A stretch of DNA of 64,000 bases from Octopus bimaculoides (Eukaryota): positions 39,361,098-39,425,097 of the forward strand of contig NC_068995.1 of NCBI RefSeq assembly GCF_001194135.2, given 5' to 3'. Positions 1-13,887 of the stretch are shown piece after piece. Position 1 is the first letter of the stretch, and the number at the start of each line of letters is the position of its first letter. Below the pieces are notes generated by a model that saw only the letters and a program-made list of their open reading frames with translations, was not told the origin of the DNA and searched no databases. The translations under genes were made by a program, and so were the position numbers.

Positions 1-175
1 GAAGGAGGAGGAGGAGGAGGAGAAGAAGGAGGAGGAGAAGAAGAAGAAGAAGGAGGAGGAGAAGAAGAAGAAGAAGAAGGAGGAGAAGAAGAAGAAGAAG
101 GAGGAGGAGGAGGAGGAGGAGAAGAAGAAGAAGAAGAAGAAGGAGGAGGAGGAGAAGAAGAAGAAGAAGAAGAAG

Positions 176-206
<31 letters not shown>

Positions 207-427
207 CGTTATGCATCGTGCTAAGTAACCATGTTGACATTCCGGTTGTATTTTGATCTTTGCAACGTGTTATGGCACGTGATCGGAATCCTAAATATCA
301 ATGTTGACAACCGAAGGAAGTAACATTTCGTGGCAATGAATGATAGATATTGAATGAATGTATGAATGAATGAATGAATGAATGAATGAATGAAGGAAGG
401 AAGGAAGGAAGGAAGGAAGGAAGGAAG

Positions 428-461
<34 letters not shown>

Positions 462-519
462 AAAGGAAGGAAGGAAAGAGGGAAGGATGGATGGATGGAT
501 GGATGGATGGAAAGAAATA

Positions 520-551
<32 letters not shown>

Positions 552-837
552 CGGAACCAAAGAAAATTCAGAGGAAAGTAGCGGAAGGAAGAAAGAATGA
601 AGAAAGGGAAGGAAGGAAGGAAGGAAGGAAGGAAGGAAAGAAGGAAGGAAGGAAATAGAAAGAAAGAAAGAAAGAAAGAAAAAATGAAAGAAAGAAAAAG
701 AAAGAAAGAAAGAAAAAAAGAAAGACGAACCGAAGAAAAATCAGAGGAAATTAGCGGAAGGAAGAAAGAATGAAGAAAGGGAAGGAAGGAAGGAAGGAAG
801 GAATGAAGGAAGGTAGGAAAGAAGGAAGGAAGGAAAT

Positions 838-868
<31 letters not shown>

Positions 869-940
869 CAGAAGGAAAGAAAGAAAGAAGGAAAGAAAGA
901 AAGAAGGAAAGAAAGAAAGAAGGAAAGAAAGAAAGAAATA
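1..940. repeat. Polypurine microsatellites (GAA/GGA)n, (GAAT)n, (GGAA)n, (GAAA)n
   Basis: Directly visible at 1-205 and ~345-938; the ORFs here are artefacts. Confidence 0.95.
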
Positions 941-2959
941 TCTTTTTGAAAACTACATGATTAGGCACAGACTGTGGTTAAGGAATTCCCTTTCCAACCA
1001 CATGGTTCCCGGCTTCAGCCGCTACTGTCCCCCGGCACCTTGGACAAAGGAAGAAGACCTTCAACTAGCTCCCGAACCTTGTTTTATTTACCTCGAAAGG
1101 AGAGAAGGCATCTTGACCTCGTCGTGGTTTAAACTTATACAGAAAGCCGAAACGAATAACACAAGTCCATTATACATGACATTCTAGTGACTGGACAAAT
1201 TTGTTAATTTTAAACTAAGTACTAGTGTTTTAATACAGTTCGATATAATCGACTTTATCGAGTTCATTCACTGAAACCGTGTGCTCTTTTGCCTAAAATC
1301 AAGTTTTATTTTATATTTTTAATTATTTGTTTTTAAATTAGAAAAAAATGAATTACATCGTCACACAGGTATACAAATATTCCCTTTATTTAAATCATCA
1401 TGGTGGAGTAAAATGGCAAGTTCTAATTTCTGAAATCTTGACATGTATTTTATTTGATCTTGTTTTCTTGCCAACTGATTCTAGCAGAGCATACTGAAAT
1501 GGTTATATTTGGATTGGACTGATCTGGCTAATTTCAGAACATTTTCAGGTAGTATACAAAGCTATTTTATCTGTTGATTTCACTCCCAGCATGTAAACTC
1601 GCCGTATATTGTGACCCCGTTTTCTATGATTGTCAGAGAACATTTGAACGTTTACAGAGGTTCTTAATACGACCAATGATGCCGGACCTCACCCTTATGT
1701 ACAAAAGCATGGCCAGAGATGTAACCGGGGTGTCTGCTATGATGCTTGCAGCCTAAAAACGAGGATATGGAATGGGTCTATGATTAAGAGATGATAAGTG
1801 ATGCATTGTATTATGTTTACCAGCTGAGGATAAAGCATACAGGTGAGGCCATTTGAACAGATAGGCAGTAGTTATAACACATGTGAACATCCCTAATGGG
1901 TTAGCAAGTGAGGTAGCTTTGAATGCATGTCCATACACGATCATGTTCGTCTGTTTGTGGTAGGCAGGGTGATGTATCAGGTCAAACCAACTAAATGACA
2001 GGCGGATAGAATCCTAATACTGGCAAAGATATAATTCAATACTCGCCAACTAAAGCAAACTCTGCTGGGCTAGTTTAGTCACCGAGGAGAGAGAGAAGTG
2101 AAGCCATATCCTGGGGAGGAAAATAAGTGCAACTAAGATTTCCGAGCCCAATCAAACTATCGCAGAGAATTTACACCAACATTGAAATGTATTGCGAACT
2201 AATTTTATAGCGAATATAAAGACCCCAGAAACAGAAAGGTTGTAAAGATCGGTAACTATTTAATCCACAGCAATGACAAAAAGGCTGTGGAAACAAACTT
2301 AATTTGAAATTAAGATAGTACTTAATGTCCAACATAAGATATATAGACACAAAGTTTAATATATCATAGGACTTACAACACACGCTACGAACAGTAGCAT
2401 AGATATTTACGCATTGACATGTGTTTCTTCGCATTACGAATTACAGCCGTAAATAGTCAAACTTAATGTATGCTTTTGTTATTGTTTTTTTTTGTTTATC
2501 TTTTCTACGTCAAACTGTAATTCTCAAGATATGTTCGGATTTAGAATATCTCTGTAACAGTAGAGCTGATGGTTTGACACATAACGGATAGTCTTTAAGG
2601 AAGTTTCTGTCCTGAAGTTGCAATTTGAATGACAAGTCAATATAAGACGCGGGGGATTAAAGTCTATAAAAGAAAGCGTGTAAAAACGGTAATGGAAGCT
2701 AAATACATATGTATACATACACACATGTCCATACATATACACAGATACAGACATATATATAAAATGAAGTCCCGAATACTAAGTATGAAAAAAAATGTTA
2801 AAGAAGGAACGAGAAGACGGAAGAAAGTAGTAGAGGGATATTAAAATAGACAGGAAAAAATGTAAAAAGGGAAATTAATTAAGATTCGAACTCTAAATGC
2901 ATAATGGATGAAGTGAATGAATTAAAGCAAGCAAAGTAAAACACTGTATACTTACAGCA

Positions 2960-3151
2960 ATGTCGGGGGAGGGGAGGGGGGAAAAGCCGATTACATCGAA
3001 CCTAGTGCTTGACTGGTATTCATTTTATCGACCCAGAGATTATGGAATGAAAGTCGACTTCGGCGGAATTCGAACTCAGAATGTAAAAATGAACGAAATA
3101 CCGATAAGCATTTTGCTAGACGTGCTAACGGCTCCGCCAACTCGCCGCCTT
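2960..3151 (-). mobile_element. SINE family B (tRNA-derived, head AAGGCGGCGAGCTGGCAGAATCG)
   Basis: B-box-like GAGTTCGAATTCC and conserved body GTCGATAAAATGAATACCAGT. Confidence 0.8.
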
Positions 3152-3424
3152 CTTACGTATAATTAAGTATTACAAACAGTTTTTATTTTTTTTATTTTTT
3201 TTTAGAAATTCTAGTAGAATTTTGGAACATATAGTAAAATTCAAAACAAATCTTTTTCTTTTACCCCTGACAACGATGTAGATATTCAAATGTTCCTTTT
3301 CCAACTTTTTTTCTTAAAGTAATCTTGGAACAAAATATTTTTAACATGAAGTCTGTAAAATGTCACCATTCACAGTGAATAACAACAATATTAATAAGTG
3401 TAGCAATAAGTGTCAAATGATTAC

Positions 3425-3535
3425 CTGATATAGCAAATCCACTGAAGCCAACTGCTAATGTGAGACATACAATTGCAGTGACTCTGTCAGCAGTGTAGCC
3501 AACACCTAATAGGAATACGGCTTCCATTCCGAAAC
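3425..3535 (-). CDS. VGLUT: VGLUT internal coding exon: (G)[36 protein letters not shown](G)
   Basis: Manual translation (absent from ORF track); acceptor ttgcAG at 3537-3536, donor GTAATC at 3424; 111 nt, phase 1 to 1; joins the previous exon to give NCGGFGMEA. Confidence 0.96.
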
Positions 3536-3668
3536 CTGCAACGTGTAAAAAGTAATGAAGTTAGAAAAACAAGTCTCTCATATAATTAAACGCAAAACCT
3601 AAAATAGTTTAATCTGTTTAGCATCATATTATTGCAGTGTATCCTTATAGGACATTTATACACACCTA

Positions 3669-3718
<50 letters not shown>

Positions 3719-3799
3719 TGCATACACACACATACACACACACATATCAACTTTAATAATAATAAGGACTATTACGAAGTGGCATATCATTATATTTAA

Positions 3800-4465
3800 T
3801 TCTTTTTATATATACTGCTTCACATAGACCTACACGTTTCAACTGCACTAGTGAGTAACCGTTGTAATTGGAGCCCTACTATAATACTGGTGCAGTTTCT
3901 TCAGGGCTTTCACTTTAATATCCTTCGATTCAATTGTTTAAAGTATTTCGTTCTTCTACTCTGCGTTGAATGATGTTGAGTTGTTTCATGAAGTTAGACG
4001 CGAACTATCTTCAATTCAAGTTTTGTTTGGATAATGACTTATACTTCGTCATTTCAAAACATGCTGTTGTTTTAATGTGTATTATTAATTTATACTGGGC
4101 AAATGTGAATTTCTTCATGCGCAAGCATATCAAAGCTTGCTCCTGTCTAGAATTTATCAAATTACATTTAGATGCAAAAATTTGGGAAAATTCTTCTAAA
4201 TATAGATCACATTTTTTAGTTCCAGGTCTGTATGGTTTTGCAGTAGAAATTAATTCCCAATTGATAGTATAGTCTTTCATTTTTGTCTCTAAATGAACTC
4301 ATATGATTTGTCAGTCTCTTCTTGAAAATTAGTGATGTCGCACCGATGTAAAAGTAGCCATTACCCTCAGATGTAACATTACATCTATATATTACATTCT
4401 TAGTCTAACACTTAATTTACACATAACAGCATTCCTGTTTAGAATAATTGCAAAGATAATTTTTT
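3800..4465 (-). mobile_element. Penelope-like retroelement 3' remnant (GIY-YIG endonuclease, Naiad-like) with terminal hammerhead motif
   Basis: Minus-strand translation with stops and a deletion: CNYSKQECC..KC*TKNVIYRCNV..GYFYIGATSLIFKKRLTNHMSSF..DYTINWELISTAKPYRPGTKKCDLYLEE..LINSRQE..CLRMKKF. VIY/YIG and Cys motifs fit PLE GIY-YIG; clade assignment is from recall. Confidence 0.8.
3826..3909 (-). ncRNA. Type I hammerhead ribozyme motif
   Basis: CUGAAGA (3904-3898), 8-bp stem II AACUGCAC/GUGCAGUU, GAAA (3840-3837), quasi-palindromic ACGUGU stem III, GUA triplet, imperfect stem I AAGCC/GGUCU. Activity unknown. Confidence 0.7.
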
Positions 4466-4565
4466 ATATTTCTCTCAAATTTAGATTTAATATGAACGTT
4501 CATGGTAAAATCAAATTCTTTTACACCAAGTTCTTTATTACTATTCATACACACACACACACACA

Positions 4566-4627
<62 letters not shown>

Positions 4628-5364
4628 GATCGCCATGATAGATCGCTGACAAGGACATTCAAATTTTTTTTCTCCGTGTTTTTCTCCTTGTTTTTCTCCT
4701 TATTCTTTCTGTTGANNNNNNNNNNNNNNNNNNNNNNNNNNNNNNNNNNNNNNNNNNNNNNNNNNNNNNNNNNNNNNNNNNNNNNNNNNNNNNNNNNNNN
4801 NNNNNNNNNNNNNNNNNNNNNNNNNNNNNNNNNNNNNNNNNNNNNNNNNNNNNNNNNNNNNNNNNNNNNNNNNNNNNNNNNNNNNNNNNNNNNNNNNNNN
4901 NNNNNNNNNNNNNNNNNNNNNNNNNNNNNNNNNNNNNNNNNNNNTATATATATATATATATTCAACTAACCGGAAACCAGCTTCTATTTACCATGAGGCA
5001 ACCATATATTTTAGTGATCAAGAGAAACTTGGATATCGGAGTTTACAATATTTTCTCCTTCAAAACATGCAAAGATATTTATGTCAGCACTGATTTTCCG
5101 GAGAGTAGAGCGATATCAGACCGGTAGTTTGTTTTTTACATTATTTTATGGGATACGATTTATAATGATCAAAGTTCACTTCGAAAGGATTTGAACTCGT
5201 AATTACGGAGATATTGAAGACTATTTAAATGGGCTTCGACATGTTTCTGACAAAGCACCTTTCTTTTCAAATAACTAGTGACATTAGATATGTATCAAAA
5301 TTGAGTTGAATTCATTTAAAGCATAATACTATCATAGATTATATAACAAGTAATAGTACTACTT

Positions 5365-5625
5365 TGGAGACGCGTGGTTTACTGGTTAGGGTGTCCGCAC
5401 CATGATCGTAAGATTGTGGTTTCGCATTCTGGACCTGGCGACGCGTTGTGTTCTTGAGCAAATCACTTCATATCACGTTGCTCCAGTCCACTCAGCTAGC
5501 AAAAATGAGTAACGTTGCGATGGACTGGCGTCCCGTCAAACTGGGAAATACATACGCCATTGAAACCGAGAAACCGGGCCCATGCGCCTGGTTAGGCTTT
5601 AAAAGGGCGCATTTATTTTTTTTAT
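5365..5625 (+). mobile_element. SINE family C-like head with a different tail
   Basis: CATGATCGTAAGATTGTGG..GTGTTCTTGAGCAAATCACTTCATATCACGTTGC. Confidence 0.65.
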
Positions 5626-6100
5626 TTTATTTAATAGTACTAATGTTATACATATATAAGGGCTCCCTTGTGCAACGAAGCAGTGATGTATTGCACGGAT
5701 ATTTACATTCAAATATCCAACGTCACTTACCTTTGTTCACATATTCATGACACGAACATGTAATATTTACAAATATACATAACAGATTCTGTTGCATCAA
5801 ATTATATTTATTATAAATTTTTGGGTGCTATACATTATATTACAATAAATGTACAAGTAAACGCAAGGTATGTACATTTAAAGTGTCACTATATGTTCGT
5901 AATTTACTTCCTTATGTAACACCAATCAAAGTTAAACGATTATTGAAAGAAGTGTGAAATTATGCGTTAGATTCATACTTGAATAAGATGTCAAAAACTT
6001 TCTGTCTCCAAATTGAAAGTAGCATTGAATCTTCTATAATACATGTTATCGTCGGCTAGACATGGCTAAAACATACAGTAGCACACACGCACACGAGCGG

Positions 6101-6226
<126 letters not shown>

Positions 6227-6699
6227 GTACTCACAAACTCTACCTCTCCCTCACTTCTCAGTGACTCTCTGAAGAATCAAGAGTTCTCTGGAATTGACAA
6301 GCTATTACAGAAAAGACACTGTGATCTTTTTTTCTGAAGACAACAGGACAGCGGTGGACACTTGCTTCTACCTCAATAAACACGTATGCTTTTATACGTG
6401 TCTGAGATGTTTTAGCGCCGTGTATTTGACATCGCTGATTCGACGCTGACTTATTTGACAGAAGACATTTTAATGTTTCCTTTTAATGCTTCTCTCGATC
6501 TCTACCTCACCTCACTTTCTTCCCCCTCTTTCACCGCCATACTCCTTCTCTTTTTGTGTTTATGTATATGAGCATACTTTTCTGTGTAAGAGGAGGGGAA
6601 GACTATTTATTCAATCGTGTTTAACCAATAAATTGTAATGTCTCTTCCTCCCCCCTCTTTCATTCTCACTCTTCCTGTTGTATTTTTTTATTCTTTTAA

Positions 6700-6990
6700 T
6701 TGTTTCAGTCATTTCACTACGGCCATGCTGGAGCACCGCCTTTAGTCGAACAAATCGACCTCAGAACTTATTCTTTGTAAGCATAGTGCTTATTTTATCG
6801 GCCTCTTTCGCCGAAACACTAAGTTACGGGGACGTAAACACACCAACATCGGCTGTCAAGCGATGGTTGGGGGACAAACACAGACACACAAACACACACA
6901 CACTCGTATATATATATATACGACAGGCGTCTTTCAATTTACTTTTACCAAATTTATAGTAGAAGACACTTGGCCAACTACTCACAGCCT
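6700..6990 (-). mobile_element. SINE family A copy
   Basis: Reverse complement of the 3' half and middle of the 53074 element. Confidence 0.8.
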
Positions 6991-7268
6991 TGTCTTTGTT
7001 TTCTCATTTCGCCTAATATGTGTATATATATATATATATATNNNNNNNNNNCAGCAAAAGTGGACCTCTATATGCTAGAAGGAGTCCACTTTTGCTGGTC
7101 ATTCCTCTTATTTTAGTATGTAATATAATTTTAATCGTTTTTTTTAAAATATGCTAGACCACTGGTTTTAATTGATTAATATCAATTTCTACCCTTATTA
7201 ATGAATTATCTATATATGCATGTATATACACATACGCACATGCATACATACATACATACCTCTGTCAG

Positions 7269-7751
7269 TCATTAAATATAGTGTTTTAGAGGCTCTGGAG
7301 TTAATTTAACTCTTATTTTAGTATAAGCGGTGTTAGTCAGCATCCTCCGTGAAATTTGTGACCTCAATTAATCTTGCGTTTAGTTTCTACTCGCTAATCA
7401 GCCACCCTTTTCATCTATCGTTTACACCTTTAACATTTTGAAAATCAGCACCTGTTCCCAATATTTTTTTTCGTATAAGATTGACAAAGGAAGTTGAGTT
7501 TAACGCAAAGCGTTAAGAGACAGTGAGGCGAATTCAGGTCTTCTACACCAAAATTCGAAATCGCAATACGGCTATATACGCTGGAGACTTACCACACTTT
7601 TTCAATCATTAAGTATAGCGCTTTAGTAACTTTGGAGTTAAGTTAACACACATTTTAGCGTAAGTAATGCTAGGCAGTACCCTTCGTCATTTCGTAACCT
7701 CAATCAATTTTGCCTTTAAGTTCTAATTGCTAATAAGCCTCACTTTCAACT
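7269..7751 (+). repeat. Old ~147-bp direct repeat pair (7269-7416, 7606-7751)
   Basis: Roughly 70% identity by eye; spacing 337. Confidence 0.65.
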
Positions 7752-7874
7752 TGTTGTTCAATTTATTACACATATATACGTGTGTGTGTGTGTGCGTGTG
7801 TGTGTCTATATATATATATATATACATCAATATATTTACATGTATGTATATAGATATGATTTATCACTTATTTT

Positions 7875-8645
7875 TTAGTTGTTTTAGTCATTAGGCTGCC
7901 GCCATGCTGGAGCACTTCATTGAAAAATTTGTAGCCAAATACATTGACCCACGAATCGTATTTGATTGAGGGGTTGACTTATGCGATCAGGTTCTTTTGC
8001 CGAACCGCGAAGTTACGCTAGCTCAATCAAACAAACGTCGGTTGTCGAGCGGTAGTAGAGGAGAAACAGAGACACAAACACACACACACACATATACACA
8101 CGTGTGTGCACCCACACACATGCACACGCAAACACAAACACACACACACACATAAACACACACACACACACACACATACGCACACACTGAATTTGGAAAC
8201 TTGTCGTTGAGATGGAAGCTTCTTACCACGCACACACGCCTCAGTCTCTTTCTCTTTTTTCCTCTCTCTCTGTCTATATATTTCTTTATTCATTTATTCT
8301 TTTACTTGATTCAGTTACTTGACTGCGACCATGCTGGAGTATCACCTTTAGTCGAACAAATTGAGCCCAGGACTTATTGTTTGTAAGCCAAGTACTTATT
8401 CAAACGGTCATTTTTGCCGAACCACTTTTGCTGAACGACGGGTACGTAATCCCACCAAAATCGGTTGTCAAGCGATGGTAAGGGGACAAACACAGACACA
8501 CAAATACACGCACACCCACCCACACATACAAACACACACACCAACACACATATGTATTTATATATGATAGCCTTGTTTCAGTTTCCGTCTACCAAATCTA
8601 CTCACAAATCTTTGGTCGATTCACGTTGTTGGGAAGAAAGCTTCT
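7875..8645 (-). mobile_element. Two adjacent SINE family A copies (~7875-8240 and ~8300-8645)
   Basis: Both match the 53074 element; heads carry internal deletions. Confidence 0.75.
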
Positions 8646-8878
8646 TTATTTCATTGAAATTGGCCATAAGGCCTTACATAGAAGGAAAGAAAAAGAAAAG
8701 AAGCTGCGGGCTGGACAAACAAATAATGGTATGTGTAATGAAGGTGAAAATAATGAATAAATTGGGGGAAACAGCAGCGCCCGCTGATTGCTGATCACCG
8801 AAAACATTGTTCTTTTTTTTTGAGGCAAGAACAATATTTTCGGGGATCAGCAATCTTACCACACAGCCTCTCCTCTGT

Positions 8879-8920
<42 letters not shown>

Positions 8921-9489
8921 NNNNNNNNNNNNNNNNNNNNNNNNNNNNNNNNNNNNNNNNNNNNNNNNNNNNNNNNNNNNNNNNNNNNNNNNNNNNNNNN
9001 NNNNNNNNNNNNNNNNNNNNNNNNNNNNNNNNNNNNNNNNNNNNNNNNNNNNNNNNNNNNNNNNNNNNNNNNNNNNNNNNNNNNNNNNNNNNNNNNNNNN
9101 NNNNNNNNNNNNNNNNNNNNNNNNNNNNNNNNNNNNNNNNNNNNNNNNNNNNNNNNNNNNNNNNNNNNNNNNNNNNNNNNNNNNNNNNNNNNNNNNNNNN
9201 NNNNNNNNNNNNNNNNNNNNNNNNNNNNNNNNNNNNNNNNNNNNNNNNNNNNNNNNNNNNNNNNNNNNNNNNNNNNNNNNNNNNNNNNNNNNNNNNNNNN
9301 NNNNNNNNNNNNNNNNNNNNNNNNNNNNNNNNNNNNNNNNNNNNNNNNNNNNNNNNNNNNNNNNNNNNNNNNNNNNNNNNNNNNNNNNNNNNNNNNNNNN
9401 NNNNNNNNNNNNNNNNNNNNNNNNNNNNNNNNNNNNNNNNNNNNNNNNNNNNNNNNNNNNNNNNNNNNNNNNNNNNNNNNNNNNNNNNN

Positions 9490-9531
<42 letters not shown>

Positions 9532-9845
9532 CGATAGATAGATGATGTATTGCACATATACATTCACACATTTAGAGATAACAACCGTACATAGATTTAG
9601 GTACACATATCCTACAAATGTATACACTCAAGTAATCCCACCTACGCACGTGTTATAATAACCACGTGTTATAATAACCACGTGTTATTAATGGAATGCC
9701 ATGCATGCAAAACACACATATATGCTTGTATGTATGCATGCATATGTATATATATACATATACATATATATATGTGCGTGTGTATAATACACACGCACGC
9801 GAACAACCGATCAACTGAACAACCAGCTCGTGAGATGTATATGAT

Positions 9846-10030
9846 TGTGTGTCTGTTTTTGTCCCCACCATTGCTTGACAACCGATGTTGGTATGTTTAC
9901 GTTCCTATTACTTAACGGATCGCAAATACAAAACGATATAATAAGAATAAGTCCTGGGGACGGTTTCTTCGATTAAAGGTGGTGCTCCAACAGGGCCGCA
10001 GTCAAATGACTGAAACAAGTAAAAAGAATA
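9846..10030 (+). mobile_element. SINE family A 3' half
   Basis: GCTTGACAACCGATG..GCCGCAGTCAAATGACTGAAACAAGTAAAA. Confidence 0.8.
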
Positions 10031-10988
10031 AATATACATATTATGTATACATATCGTTGCTATTATGTTCAACTGGTGTATGTTCAAATTTGGGCAAATG
10101 CGTTTTTTCTTTTTTTTTTTATATTTATTCTTGTTTGCCATAGCCGGTCCTTTTGGTCAAACCATCGCATCTCCAGCAGCTTCAGATGCCAGGAAATCAA
10201 AAATTGTCAGTGTAGTGCAATGGAATGGTGAAACAAATTTTCGTTTGCTGATAAAGCAACGTTTTGGACTTTTGGACACTTTTGCATAATAGCAACGATA
10301 TATATATATCATATATATATATGATATATGCACCAGCATGACCGCAGCCACTTGGCTGAAACACATAAATAAATAAAAAAATAAATATANNNNNNNNNNN
10401 NNNNNNNNNNNNNNNNNNNNNNNNNNNNNNNNNNNNNNNNNNNNNNNNNNNNNNNNNNNNNNNNNNNNNNNNNNNNNNNNNNNNNNNNNNNNNNNNNNNN
10501 NNNNNNNNNNNNNNNNNNNNNNNNNNNNNNNNNNNNNNNNNNNNNNNNNNNNNNNNNNNNNNNATATATATTTATAAATATATATATATATACATTTATA
10601 AATGTGTGTATCTGAATGTATGTATCTATTATGCTTGTATGCATGCATGTATATAATTATGGAAGTATGTATATATGTATGTATGAGAGTGTGTATGTCT
10701 ATATGCACCCTGCACATATGCATGAGCAGGGTGCATATAGACATACACACACACATACATACGTAATACAGGAGCGGAAGATATGAAACGAAGCATAAAT
10801 AAATACACTACAGTGATCAAATACAAAATTAATCAATGCTAATATTGCTGGAGCTGAAACACGAATAAATCAATAAATCGAACTATCGATCTTGCAAAAT
10901 ATTGTGAGACCTATGTGTTTAATGAGCGGTTGATGATATGAATATTCTGCGAAAAGTTATAAACGCTCGTTCACGCATAAGATTTATA

Positions 10989-11058
<70 letters not shown>

Positions 11059-11755
11059 CACTGGTTTTCACAGAGAATCTGTACATAATACATACCCTCT
11101 CAGAACCAGGCTCTGACACACATACACACTCACTCAGACACACGCACTTATATATAATTATAAACACACTTAGATACGCTATTTTCCATTCATGAATATA
11201 TATATATATATATATATACACCACCCAGAGCATACTCACACACTTACGTATAGACGCAGTCACATACGCTGGTACACCTAACACCTTACATTCACACACA
11301 AATGTTTTGTTTTTTTCTACATCGTGTAGTGTTTTGCGTGTTATCAACAGACTGCACAGTTCATTAATTATGATTGTTTTGAATAGGCTTTAGCAGTGAC
11401 TAGTCGATTCATGATGTACGATGCACTTGTTATGTCTGTCGAGTACAGAATAGCATAAAGGAATCTTAAATCACGAGTTGTGACGATGAGGGAAAGACTA
11501 TATACATACCTACGTACATATTTACATGCATATACAATACATACAAACATACATGCAAACATACATATCCACATATATATATATATATATATANNNNNNN
11601 NNNNNNNNNNNNNNNNNNNNNNNNNNNNNNNNNNNNNNNNNNNNNNNNNNNNNNNNNNNNNNNNNNNNNNNNNNNNNNNNNNNNNNNNNNNNNNNNNNNN
11701 NNNNNNNNNNNNNNNNNNNNNNNNNNNNNNNNNNNNNNNNNNNNNNNNNNNNNNN

Positions 11756-11800
<45 letters not shown>

Positions 11801-11858
11801 TAGATAGATAGATAGATATATAGATAGATAGATAGAGATAGATAGATAGATAGATAGG

Positions 11859-11912
<54 letters not shown>

Positions 11913-11927
11913 TAGATAGATAGATAG

Positions 11928-12004
<77 letters not shown>
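11756..12004. repeat. (GATA)n microsatellite
   Basis: Directly visible; similar tracts at ~30700-30830 and ~45830-45870. Confidence 0.95.
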
Positions 12005-12007
<3 letters not shown>

Positions 12008-12760
12008 TAATTACTGATACTAATCATTAATCTGCAATTATACTGATAAACCTCATTCAAGGATCGTTCATAGTCGATGACAACGACAGAAATATCTATT
12101 TCAGTCTGATATTTATTATCTGTTAATTTTATATATGTTACATTCTTTGCAAGTGAGTGATTTTGAGGTTAGACATCTAGGCCCTCGATCGTAAGATAAT
12201 GCTGTCCATCCCCCAGACTGAGAGGTGTGCTGTGCCATTGGGCATAACTTATTTCGTGTTGCTTCCTTTCTCTCGGCAAGCAAAAATGAAGCTTAAGAGC
12301 GACGCCCAACATTAAGTTCGTAAGTCAACGTTTAGAAGCAGTTATAAGCCAATAAACGGTCAATAATATAGGAGGTTACATCTACAAGGTGAGTGTTATA
12401 TCCTGCCTTTATTCTTTTAAGTTAATATCTAACAAATTGGCACATGAATTCATGACTCTTTTACAAGAACTCAAAGACTGCTGGAGGATTAAGAGAATGT
12501 TATTTTGGCCTGAGACTTGTGCAGAAGGCTTACATCTGGATGTACTCCGCCAAGTAGCAGTGCTAATACAGGCAAAGTATTAAGGCTCCCGACCTAAAAC
12601 TAGAACGGTTTCCACACTGTGATTTTCAAGCATGCCTCCTCTCTCATATTGCGCCCACAACTTCTTGGTCAAGAGACATTTTTAAAATGCGGGGACTAGT
12701 GATATTGAAATTGGAATCATGTAAATTCAAAAGTGATATGCTCCAACCATACAGCTATGC

Positions 12761-12863
<103 letters not shown>

Positions 12864-13887
12864 TGTATTTATATAATTCATGTATGTTAATTACGTGACT
12901 ATATTTACATATTATCTGGATATGTATACACACACTCACACAAACCCACACATATATACACATATGCATATATACATGTTTATATATATATATATATATA
13001 TCCTATTCTGTTGATAAATCTACGTGTCCATAGCGATATATATATGTATATACACGCGCACACACTAAAACGTCACATACAAATACAACCACATATGCAT
13101 TATGCCTATAATAAAAGAAAATGGAAGAAAGAAAGAAAATCTAACTCTGAAGGAAAGCGAAAGGAAGGAGCGAAAGATAAGGAAGAGAGCTTTGCTAATG
13201 TTCAGATACAATACATACAAAAGCATACATTATTGATTAGAACCTTATCTTTCGGATGGATGCTTACAGAAGTATGCAGCATAATGACCTACAGAGAATC
13301 AAGCTATTCTAATAAGAATACCAACAACATCAGTAGCATCAACAATAATATCAAGCACAACAACAACACCAAACACAATTACAACAACACGGAAGACAAC
13401 AAGGATGCGAACATCAACCTAAATAGTAATGAAATCAAACGGATGTCGAGCTGTAACGGAAGGAATGGTGAGAATAACTTGTAGAACTGTTTGCAAAATA
13501 GGATGTTGGTGCTCCAAAAAGAACACAACATACATTTGTACAGAAATGCACATATACACGTACATTCATTAACTTATGTATACACAAACCAATCGCACAA
13601 GACACACACACACACACAAATACATTCACATACCAAGACTGAAAAACCTGCACTCACACGAAACCGGATGATGATCTTCACTACTTTGGGTTTGCATGTA
13701 TACTCAAATATTCACAAGAACGTAACATACACGAATTCAAAAAGGAAAATAGTACAGAAACAAAGAACTAATAACAAACTGTTTATACGGTCGTTCGAGC
13801 AGACAGAAGTAGCAGCCGACACTTTTGTTTAATCACATCCTACCGTCATGAAGAAATAAAAAAATTAAGGGATGAAGGAAGGATAAA

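Noticed and set aside
3930-3995. Possible SECIS element in the 3' UTR of the Naiad-like fragment (AUGA..AA..GA on minus)
   Set aside because: Helix II is only about 5 of 7 bp, too short, and the Cys codons I could read are not TGA.
5670-5718. Two adjacent short hairpins; also a 10-bp hairpin at 59591-59617
   Set aside because: Stems of 6-10 bp are expected in 64 kb of AT-rich DNA; no family motif.
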